DNA of 64,000 nt. Source: Longimicrobiales bacterium. Lineage in GTDB: Bacteria; Gemmatimonadota; Gemmatimonadetes; Longimicrobiales; Gaopeijiaceae. A program made the translations under genes and the position numbers. The stretch spans positions 992,001 through 1,056,000 of the forward strand of contig OZ242008.1 in NCBI GenBank assembly GCA_965204735.1, read 5' to 3'. Positions 29,854 to 38,439 of the stretch are shown here, one piece after another; the stretch's first letter is position 1; every line of letters begins with the position of its first letter. The notes under the pieces are model-generated. The model ran no database searches and was not told the origin of the DNA. It was given only the letters and a program-made list of their open reading frames with translations.

Positions 29854-32800
29854 TCATTGCTTGGGGTTCTCCATGATCACGAGCCACGTCACGAGCTCGA
29901 AGTCGGCCGCGGCGGCGGGCCGGCGCGAACGAGTGGAAAGCGACTTCCCCCGGGCTCCGACGAAGGAGCCGATCTCCGCCTGCCGGTACGTGCCCACCAA
30001 GCTTCGCAGGCAAGCACCGATCATTCGATCGTACTTGGCCACGTCCCGGCCGTGGCCGGTCTCTCGGTCGAATGCGCTCGCCAGCTCCGTCAGCGCCTCC
30101 GTCCGTCCCCGAGCCAGCGCGCTGAAGAGCGTCAGCGTCTGCTTCGCCTGCTGGAACGCATAGCGGACGCTCCCGTCGTCGCGGGCGTAGGCGAGGAAGT
30201 AGGGCTGGAGACGGTTCGGTGTCCTCCGCGCCCCGTCTTTCTGCTTCAGACAAAAGATAGCGCCGCGACGAACGCGCGCGCGGGCCGCGTCTTCCGACTC
30301 GCCCGCGCCGGCGGCGGGAACGGGCGGAACCACGGCTTGCACGCCGAAGGGCGCGGACTCCAGCGCCTCCCGGTTCTCCTGCAGGTAGTTGAGCAGGTCC
30401 ACCAGGAAGTCGTCCAGCGTGAAGTCGCTCATCGAGATGCCGTCCTCGACCTCTTCCAAGTCCAGGCTCTCCTCCCGAAGGCGGCGAAGCTGCCGGTCGC
30501 GGAAGCTCAGCTCGTGCTGGGCCGCCTCCTTGGCGCCGTTCGTCTTCTCCAGCGCCAGCGGGTCGTCGGTCCCCGTGGACGCCGCGTCCACCAGCGCCAT
30601 CCGCGCCTCGACCCGGTTCTTGAGGTCCAGATAGCGGTCCAGGTCCCGGGTCGGCCAGAAGTTGACCATGGCGACCTGCTGGTTGCGGCTGCCGATCCGG
30701 TCGATCCGCCCGAAGCGCTGCATGAGGCGAACCGGGTTCCAGTGAACGTCGTAGTTCACCACCAAGTCGCAGTCCTGCAGGTTCTGGCCCTCCGAAAGGC
30801 AGTCGGTGGCGATCAGGACGTCGATCTCCTCCGCGGGCCCGGGGCTCAGCTGGGCCACGGGCGCGAAGCGCGCGAGAATGCCGGCGAAGCTCGCCGAGCC
30901 GACGGTGGCGCGGTTGTCGCCGCTGCCCGTCACCAAGCCCACGTGCACGCCGAGCTCCGCGCGCGCCCACTCCGCGACGTTGCGGTACAGGTAGTGGGCC
31001 GTGTCGGAGAAGGTCGTGAACACCAGCGCCTTGCGGTTCGGCCGCCCGTCCTTGTCCGCAGGCGCCTCCGCCACCTTGCCCGCCAGCGTCCGCTTCAACT
31101 CGGCCAGCTTGGCGTCGCGCGCCACGTCGACGCGGACGACCTGCCGCAGGATCGCCCCGAACGTTCGTCGGTCCGCCTGCAAGTCCTCCCTCCAAGCCTG
31201 CAGATCAAGGTCGGCGAGCTTGTACCTGCGCCCCTTGCCCAGCGTGAACTCCTCGTCCTCCTCGTCGCCCTGGTCGTCTTCTTCGTCGTTGGCGAGAAGG
31301 TTGATCTGTTGGTTGCCGGGCTTCTCGATCCACGCTTCGATGCGCTCGTCCAGCGCGTCCATCTTCGCGACGATGCGCTCCATCGTCCGCGTGAACGAGT
31401 GCACCGAGCTCTCCAGCCGCTTGAGCAGGTTGACCCGAATCATTCCGATCAGCCAGCGCTCCCGGTCCCGCTGGTCGAAGTGCAGCCGCTCCTTCTCGGC
31501 GTCGAGCGCCGACGTGTCCCGCACGTACTGCGAAGGCATGTACACCGCCAGCCGAAAGTCGCTGATCCGCGCGTGGAGCGCGTCGTAGGACAGCTCGCCT
31601 TCGCTGTCCGTCGGCGGATGCAGGTTCACCGGCTTGGCCCGCTCCGGAAAGCCGCCGATCCGAGCCTCGACCTCCGGGTAGAAGCGCCGCACGTGGTCGC
31701 GGGAGCGCGCGATGCTCACGGCGTCCAGCAACGCCAAGAAGTCCGCGCCCAACCGCTCGAGCAGCCGGGCCTTGTCCCTCTTCCCCGTGGCCCTGCAGTC
31801 GTTCTCCCACTTCTGGAACGCCTTCTGCGCCACGCCGAACAAGCTCTGGACGCTGCCGATCCCGAGGCTGTCGCGGAAAGCGTCCTGCCGCTTCTCCGTC
31901 ATCAGATAGACCTGGTTGCGAAGGTCGCGAAGGCCCGTGTTGACGGGCGTTGCCGAGAGCATGAGCACCTTGGTGTGGACGCCGTCCTTCAGCACTTCCT
32001 CCAGCAGCCGGTTGTAGCGGCTGCGACGCACCACCCGCCCAGCCTCGTCCTTCCGGTCGCGACCTTCGTTGCGGAAGTTGTGCGACTCGTCGATCACGAT
32101 CAGGTCGAACGCGCCCCAGTTGAACTTCGCCAAGTCGATCGCGTCCGCCCTGCCCTGGTACCGGCTCAAGTCCGTGTGGGCCAGCACGGCGTAGCCGAGC
32201 CGGTCCTCGACCAGCGGGTTGTTGTCGTACCCCGCCCACGACGTGTAGCGGACCCAGTTCTCCTTCAGCTTCTTGGGGCAGAGCACCAGCACGCGCTCGT
32301 TGCGCATCTCGAAGAACTTCACGACCGCCAAGGCCGTCCACGTCTTCCCCAGCCCCACGCTGTCGGCAAGAATGCACCCGTTGTGCTCGAGCAACCGGTT
32401 GATCGCGCTCACCGCGCCGTCCTTCTGAAAGCGGTAGAGCGCCTGCCAAACGGCCGTGTCGTGCAGGTGAACGTCCTGCACAAGTCCGTCTCGATGCCCC
32501 CGCTCGTCCACCCTGTCCTTCAGGACGTGAAAGAGCGTCTTGTAGTAGACGAACTCGGGCGAGTAGTCCTTGCCCAGGCGCTCCAGCGCCGCCAGCACTT
32601 CCTCTTTCGCATCTCGAGTGAGCCGCTCGTCGTGCCAGAGCGCGTCGAACCACTGAATCAACCGGGTCCGGTCGGCGCCGTCGCGAACCTCCAGGTTGAG
32701 CTCGATGTTGGGGTTGGCGCCGAAGCCCAGGCCGCCCCGCGTGAAGTTGGAGCTGCCCACAAGTGCACCGGTGCCGCCGCCGGCGTGCTCGACATGATAC

Positions 32801-33198
32801 ATCTTGCCGTGCAGAAAGTTGGCCTTGCGCACGGTGCGCACCTCCACCTTCTCCTTGATCCAATCAGCGCACGCGCGCGCAAGCGGCTTCTGCGTCAGTG
32901 CGCCGCGCAGCTCCAAGGCGCCGTCGCGAGTCAGGCGGTAGGCCTTGTCCTCTCCCTCCGCCGGGTCCACCGACGCCGCGCCCGCCGGCTGGCCGTAGAG
33001 GAAGCGAAGGCGCCGGAGTCCCTCCAGCTCGGCCCGCAAGTCTCCATAGGCGTAGATCGTGAAGTAGGCCGACACGGCGGAGAGCGCGGCGTCGGCCTGG
33101 AGGCGGCCCCGCAGGAACTCGCCCACGGTGCGCACGCGGTTGTCCACGATGGCGTGCCCGTCGCGAACCGACCCGGTCGACCCCGGTTCCGTGCTCAT
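29854..33198 (-). CDS. PLD-nuclease + SNF2-family helicase fusion
   Basis: HGKMY...GSSNFT (PLD HxK); ADSVGLGKT, DESH, LSATP, DCLSEGQNLQ and QRFGRIDRIG. Confidence 0.92.
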   Translation of the reverse strand: MSTEPGSTGSVRDGHAIVDNRVRTVGEFLRGRLQADAALSAVSAYFTIYAYGDLRAELEGLRRLRFLYGQPAGAASVDPAEGEDKAYRLTRDGALELRGALTQKPLARACADWIKEKVEVRTVRKANFLHGKMYHVEHAGGGTGALVGSSNFTRGGLGFGANPNIELNLEVRDGADRTRLIQWFDALWHDERLTRDAKEEVLAALERLGKDYSPEFVYYKTLFHVLKDRVDERGHRDGLVQDVHLHDTAVWQALYRFQKDGAVSAINRLLEHNGCILADSVGLGKTWTALAVVKFFEMRNERVLVLCPKKLKENWVRYTSWAGYDNNPLVEDRLGYAVLAHTDLSRYQGRADAIDLAKFNWGAFDLIVIDESHNFRNEGRDRKDEAGRVVRRSRYNRLLEEVLKDGVHTKVLMLSATPVNTGLRDLRNQVYLMTEKRQDAFRDSLGIGSVQSLFGVAQKAFQKWENDCRATGKRDKARLLERLGADFLALLDAVSIARSRDHVRRFYPEVEARIGGFPERAKPVNLHPPTDSEGELSYDALHARISDFRLAVYMPSQYVRDTSALDAEKERLHFDQRDRERWLIGMIRVNLLKRLESSVHSFTRTMERIVAKMDALDERIEAWIEKPGNQQINLLANDEEDDQGDEEDEEFTLGKGRRYKLADLDLQAWREDLQADRRTFGAILRQVVRVDVARDAKLAELKRTLAGKVAEAPADKDGRPNRKALVFTTFSDTAHYLYRNVAEWARAELGVHVGLVTGSGDNRATVGSASFAGILARFAPVAQLSPGPAEEIDVLIATDCLSEGQNLQDCDLVVNYDVHWNPVRLMQRFGRIDRIGSRNQQVAMVNFWPTRDLDRYLDLKNRVEARMALVDAASTGTDDPLALEKTNGAKEAAQHELSFRDRQLRRLREESLDLEEVEDGISMSDFTLDDFLVDLLNYLQENREALESAPFGVQAVVPPVPAAGAGESEDAARARVRRGAIFCLKQKDGARRTPNRLQPYFLAYARDDGSVRYAFQQAKQTLTLFSALARGRTEALTELASAFDRETGHGRDVAKYDRMIGACLRSLVGTYRQAEIGSFVGARGKSLSTRSRRPAAAADFELVTWLVIMENPKQ

Positions 33199-33310
33199 CG
33201 GTCCAAGCTACCCGCTTCCCGTCTGCCATGCAACGCACGGCGGCCCGTCGGAGGTGGACCTGGAAGCTCTCTTCGCGGAGACGGAGACCCGGCCCTGAGA
33301 CTGGCCTCTC

Positions 33311-33545
33311 AAAATGCTCGCCGTTCCCGTTCTCCCGAGCATTTCCGCGCAATGAGCCCCCGAAATGCTCGCGAGTCCACGTCTTCCGAACATTTCCCCG
33401 GAAAATCGGCGTTTTCTGCAAGGAAGCTCGCCCGGCAAGGACCTTCGGATTCCCCAGAAATGCTCGCTGCTCCCGTTCTTCCGATCATTTCCGCGCAATA
33501 GACGTCAGAAATGATCGCGGACCCGGAGGTCCCCATCATTTGCCG
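33311..33545. repeat. Right copy of the direct repeat; four 9-N15-9 palindromic units
   Basis: Units at 33312-33344, 33363-33395, 33458-33490 and 33509-33541. Confidence 0.9.
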
Positions 33546-33718
33546 GGGATGCCGCTGACGGCAGAGTCCGCCATTCTGATGTCAGCAGCTTCGCTGTCAT
33601 CCGATTTGTTGACAATGAACCAAGACACGGCTATCCTTCTGATTCACGGCAGTTCTGGTCCGGCTCACGGCCGAGCTGGCTCCCAGCGAGACTGACCCTG
33701 CCCAAGGCGAATCCACCA

Positions 33719-34953
33719 ATGAAGTCATCCACTGGCCGCTGGGTAACCGGCGACAACTTCTTCGATCGGACCGACGAGCTGGATCAGCTGGAGGCGTTGG
33801 TCCGGGAGGGCAATCACGTCTCCTCACCGGTCAGCGACGGATCGGCAAGACCAGCGTGGCCCGAGAGCTGGCCGCTCGGCTCGAGCGCGATCGGTGGAAG
33901 GTGATCTTCACCAGCATAGAAGGCTCAAGAGACGAGGAGGATGTGATCACCTCCATGGCTTCGGCGGCCCACGGCTTGATTCCCACTTGGTCGCGATTGG
34001 CGAAGCAGATGAGCCGATGGATCGGCGAACAGAGCGGCAAGATCAAGGAGATCGGCGCACGCGACTTCCACGTCAGGCTTCGCGCCAGGACTACCAAGGA
34101 TACTTGGCGACGCCAGGGCCACGAACTCGTGACGGCGTGCGCAGATCACTCCACCCCCGTCCTCCTGGTCGTAGACGAACTTCCGATCTTCCTGGCCAAA
34201 CTCCTCCAACGCGACCACGGCACCGAACGAGTGGACGGCTTCCTCACTTGGTTGCGCGAGGCGTTTCAGCTGGTCGAGAGACGCTCGCCCGCGTTGCTTG
34301 TTTCGGGAAGCATCGGGTTGGCTCCGCTGGTGCGCAGGCTACGCATCCCAGACCGAATCAACTATCTTCACACCGTGCGCCTGGGGCCGTGGAGCCGCGA
34401 AGTCAGCGTGGAGTGCTTGCACGCTCTCGCAGCCGAATACGACCTGCGGATGGAGGACCGAGCGGCAGACGCCTTGTACGACCGGCTGGGGATCGGCATT
34501 CCGCAGCACGTCCAGTCGTTCTTTGCGCGACTACGGCATTTCCCCGCCACGAGAGCGAAAGGAAGAGTTGCGATTGCCGATGTGGATGCGGTATATCGTA
34601 CGGAAATGCTCGGACCGGTTGGGCAAGACGAGCTGTCCCACTACGAGACGCGCCTACGGGAGGCGTTGGCGGACGAAACAAGCCACGAGATAGCAAGCAC
34701 GATCCTCGCTGAGACGGCTGCCACGGGAGCGTTTGTCGCCGGCTCTCGCAGTGCGCTCGAACGCTTGTACTCGAACCGGGTGGACGACGTGGCCGCTCGC
34801 ATCAGTGATGTTCTGGACATCCTGGTCCACGACGGCTACCTGGAGCACAGTACCGAGGGCCATCGCTTCTTGTCCAACTGGCTGAAGGACTGGTGGTCCA
34901 TGCGCTCGCGGGAATGCTACGTGACACTGGAACGCCGCAGGATTGGGTATTAG
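33719..34953 (+). CDS. P-loop ATPase (STAND/archaeal-ATPase-like), with an apparent 1-nt frameshift near 33820
   Basis: The ATG 33719 frame gives GDNFFDRTDEL...GNHV; the other frame continues LTGQRRIGKTS (Walker A), LLVVDELP (Walker B), SGSIGL and GIP. Confidence 0.8.
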
Positions 34954-34955
34954 CG

Positions 34956-37586
34956 ATGTCTGCCGTCGAGCGCACGATTCGGAAGTTCAACCCGGGAACG
35001 TTTCAGTCCGACCAGGATGTGATGGAGCAGTTCGTCGTGCGAAACCACGACCTGGCCCTGGCGCTGGAGGTTCTGCGCGACAACATCGACGCTCCCTCCT
35101 GCCAGCATGTCTTGGTCCTCGCCCCTCGTGGGCGCGGGAAGACAATGCTGCTCGCTCGGGTTGCCGCCGAGCTTCGCACGAACGCCGCGTACTCCGAAAA
35201 GCTCCTGCCCGTGCGGTTCATGGAAGAGTGCCATGAGGTGTTTGACATCGCGGATTTCTGGCTGGAGGCCCTCTACTACCTGGCCAAGGAATGCGCATCG
35301 CATACACCTGAACTGGCACGTGAGCTTGCAGGCGCGCACGGCTCCTTGGCCAGCGAGTGGCGGGATCCCAGGCTGCGCGACCGGGCTCGGGCGACCGTAC
35401 TTGATGCGGCCGACAGGATCGGAAAGCAGTTGGTCCTGATGGTCGAGAACCTCCAATCTCTGTGCTCGCATACCGGCGAAGACTTCGGCTGGGAACTCCG
35501 GGAAACTCTGCAAATGGAGCCTGGGGTGATGCTCTTCGGTACTGCGACAACTCGATTTGCAGCGTTGGACGATGCGCGCGAGGCGTTCTTCGAGTTGTTT
35601 CGAGAGATCACATTGGGTCCGCTCGACACGGAAGAATGCGGCCGACTCTGGCAGGCCGTGACCGGCGAGCAGGTCGAGCATCATCAAGCGCGACCCTTGG
35701 AAGTACTGACTGGCGGGAGCCCGCGCCTCTTGGTCCTCGTGGCGGACTTCGCCAGCCACCGCTCGTTTCGCCAGTTGCTGGAGGAGCTGGTCACCCTGAT
35801 CGACGACCACACAGAGTACTTTCGCGGTCATCTGGAGGCGCTTCCCAGGACTGAGCGCCGCGTGTACCTGGCGACGATCAGCCTGTGGCGGCCGTCGTCC
35901 ACGAGCGAGATCGCCGCTCGCGCCCGCATGGGAGTCCGAAACACCTCTTCCATGCTTGGCCGGTTGGTCGACCGCGGCGCCCTAAGCGTGCAGGGAACGG
36001 CGAGGAAGAGGCGTTACGCTGCGGCGGAACGCCTGTACTGCATCTACTACAAGCTTCGGCGCGAGCGAGACGAGGCGGCCGTCGTGCAGAGCCTGATTCG
36101 GTTCATGTCTCTGTATTACAACGGCAGCCGCACGGCGAAGGAGATGCGTCTGGCTCTGGCCGACGAGGTCGAGAAAAATCCCAACGTGCTGGCTGGCATG
36201 ATTCGAGCGTTGCAAAAAGACTTCAACGTCGGCCTCCTTGATCCCGAGGCGGCCGTCGTTGCGTACGACAAGATGATCGACGACCAGGTCGGACAGTCCG
36301 ATCCCGACAGCCAGGGCGCTGTGGCCCGCATTATGTCGAACAAGGCGGCGATGTTGTTTCACGCTGGCAACGCTCAGGGTGGTCGCATCGCCTACGACCA
36401 ACTCGTCGCACAATTCGGACAGAGCAGTGCACCAGAGATACGGGCGACCGTAGCCAGGGCGTCTTTCAACTTGGGGCTGGCGATGCAGAAATCCAACGAC
36501 TTGGAGGCAGCGATCAACGCATATGAGGACGTCGAAGCCCGATGCGGCCGCCTAGATGTCGTATTGCAGCACGACAGCGCCGCTTCCGTGTCGATGAGCG
36601 AAATCGTCGTGCAGGCTCTCTCGAACAAGGCTGGTGTCCTTATTCTGCGAGGAAAGGAAGAATCGGCTATGTCGATCTACGACGACATCGCTCGATACAT
36701 ACGGGACGCGAAGGCGTCGAAACTGCGTGTGCACATGGCGAGAGCCCTCGTCAACAAGGGCAGCATGCAGGCAGAGCTCGGCCTCTGGCCAGACGCGGTG
36801 GAGACGTGGAATCAGGTAGAGCGAGAGTTTCGCAACGACGATGGAGCAGCGGTTCAGCTCGAGGTTGCGCGGGCGTTGCATCGCATGTCTGCGTCTCAAC
36901 TGGTGCTACCCGGCGGATCGGCGGAATCGGCAATCAGGATCAGCGATCAAGTTGTCGTTCGATTTGGAAAGCGCTCGGACTTGGAGATGCGGACAGTGCT
37001 CGCGGAGTGTCTCGATGTGAAGGGCTCTGCGCTGGAAAGGCTGGGGCGCAAGCCAGAAGCACTTGACGTGTATCGTGATATGGAAACGAAGTTCGGGGAC
37101 GTCGTCGACTCTTCCGGAACGTCGGTCAGATGGGAGTCGATTTCGGCGCAGACCCGCATCCTGTACGAGACCGGCGACGTCGTAGCAGCACGGCAATCCC
37201 TCCAGACACTGTGTACGGCGACCGACACGACAAGCGACAGGAACGTCGTCGACATGTATGTGCTGGCGGTCACTCTTGCCGCTTCCGATCTCGTGAGCCC
37301 GGGCGAGCTGGCGGATGCGCTGGCGGCGGATCCTCAGATGGCAGCGACGTTCCAGCCCCTTCTGGTCGCCCTGCGTCGGCTGGCCGGGCAGCCGGTGCGC
37401 GCTCCGATTGAAGTGACGGAGGTCGCGCGGGACATCCGGGAGGAGATAGAAGGGCTGAAGGCCGTGCTGCGCGACGTGCGGGCGGGTACGGCCGAACCGT
37501 CCTCGCTGAACCGGTCGCTTGCCGAGAACCTGCCTCGCCTCGCCGTCCGTGCGCGCGGCCTTGCTCCCGAGCCGCCGGAAGCCTAA
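34956..37586 (+). CDS. STAND-like ATPase + winged HTH + TPR-like repeats
   Basis: APRGRGKT, atypical Walker B LMVENL, GGSPR, HTH (TSEIAARAR...LGRLVDRG), and repeated A(R)AL.NK...AI..YD helical units. Confidence 0.82.
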   Translation: MSAVERTIRKFNPGTFQSDQDVMEQFVVRNHDLALALEVLRDNIDAPSCQHVLVLAPRGRGKTMLLARVAAELRTNAAYSEKLLPVRFMEECHEVFDIADFWLEALYYLAKECASHTPELARELAGAHGSLASEWRDPRLRDRARATVLDAADRIGKQLVLMVENLQSLCSHTGEDFGWELRETLQMEPGVMLFGTATTRFAALDDAREAFFELFREITLGPLDTEECGRLWQAVTGEQVEHHQARPLEVLTGGSPRLLVLVADFASHRSFRQLLEELVTLIDDHTEYFRGHLEALPRTERRVYLATISLWRPSSTSEIAARARMGVRNTSSMLGRLVDRGALSVQGTARKRRYAAAERLYCIYYKLRRERDEAAVVQSLIRFMSLYYNGSRTAKEMRLALADEVEKNPNVLAGMIRALQKDFNVGLLDPEAAVVAYDKMIDDQVGQSDPDSQGAVARIMSNKAAMLFHAGNAQGGRIAYDQLVAQFGQSSAPEIRATVARASFNLGLAMQKSNDLEAAINAYEDVEARCGRLDVVLQHDSAASVSMSEIVVQALSNKAGVLILRGKEESAMSIYDDIARYIRDAKASKLRVHMARALVNKGSMQAELGLWPDAVETWNQVEREFRNDDGAAVQLEVARALHRMSASQLVLPGGSAESAIRISDQVVVRFGKRSDLEMRTVLAECLDVKGSALERLGRKPEALDVYRDMETKFGDVVDSSGTSVRWESISAQTRILYETGDVVAARQSLQTLCTATDTTSDRNVVDMYVLAVTLAASDLVSPGELADALAADPQMAATFQPLLVALRRLAGQPVRAPIEVTEVARDIREEIEGLKAVLRDVRAGTAEPSSLNRSLAENLPRLAVRARGLAPEPPEA

Positions 37587-37596
37587 CGTCGCCTTC

Positions 37597-38439
37597 ATGA
37601 ACAAGTTGTCGCGCCGGGACGGAGGGCTCGCGCAGCCGGCGCCAAGGATCGCTGTCCGTTCGGTCGAGGACATGGAAGGGTTCCGGGCCTGCGTCGAGCT
37701 TCAGCGCGGAACGTGGGGCCGGACGTTTTCGGAGGTGGTGCCGGCGAGCATGTTGCAGATCACGTCCAAGATGGGAGGCGTGACGTTGGGCGCCTTCGAC
37801 GGCGACGGCGGGCTGGTCGGCTTCGTCTACGGGATCACCGGCTTTCGCCACGGGGCGCCGGCCCACTGGTCCCACATGCTGGCGGTGCGGCCGGAGGCGA
37901 GGAACATGGGCGTCGGCCGACGCCTCAAGCTGGGCCAGAAGGAGGCGCTCCTGGCCGCCGGCGTGAAGACGATGTACTGGACCTTCGACCCCCTGGTCTC
38001 GCGCAACGCCCACCTCAACCTGAACCGGCTGGGGGCCCAAGTCGCCGAGTACGTCCCGGAGATGTACGGCGCCTCGGACAGCGACCTGCACGACCTGGGA
38101 ACCGACCGGTTCGTCGTCGAATGGCGGCTGGACGAGGAGCGGAGCGCAGTCGAGCGCGCCGACGCGACAGACACGTCGGGCGCCGGACCGGCGACGGCCG
38201 TCTCCAGCCCTGGATCGGCGCCGGCCCGGACGCTTCCCCCCGACGCCGTCGAAGTCCCGATCCCCGCCGACATCGAGGCCGTGAAGCGCCGATCCATGGA
38301 AGAAGCCACGGAGTGGCGGGCATCGACCCGGCAAGCGTTCACCCGCCTGCTGGCGGAAGGTCGCAAGGTCTGCGCCTTCGTCCCCGGCGCCGAGCAGTCC
38401 AAGTACGTAGTCGCCCCCAAAGGAGTCCAGCCGAAATGA
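37597..38439 (+). CDS. GNAT-family N-acyltransferase (COG3375-like)
   Basis: HWSHMLAV, GVGRRLK, WTFDPLVSRNAHLN and TDRF..EW. Confidence 0.85.
   Translation: MNKLSRRDGGLAQPAPRIAVRSVEDMEGFRACVELQRGTWGRTFSEVVPASMLQITSKMGGVTLGAFDGDGGLVGFVYGITGFRHGAPAHWSHMLAVRPEARNMGVGRRLKLGQKEALLAAGVKTMYWTFDPLVSRNAHLNLNRLGAQVAEYVPEMYGASDSDLHDLGTDRFVVEWRLDEERSAVERADATDTSGAGPATAVSSPGSAPARTLPPDAVEVPIPADIEAVKRRSMEEATEWRASTRQAFTRLLAEGRKVCAFVPGAEQSKYVVAPKGVQPK

Noticed and set aside
26211..33198. Complete DISARM or BREX system
   Set aside because: No DrmA/DrmB, PglZ or BrxC genes recognisable in the window.
25891..33545. Integron attC sites or CRISPR for the palindrome blocks
   Set aside because: No RYYYAAC/GTTRRRY cores, no integrase in the window, and units are degenerate and unevenly spaced.
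33208..33695. Short ORFs over the palindrome blocks (also 25875-26096)
   Set aside because: Shared peptides such as EMIGRT arise from the DNA repeat. Frames are not conserved between the two copies.
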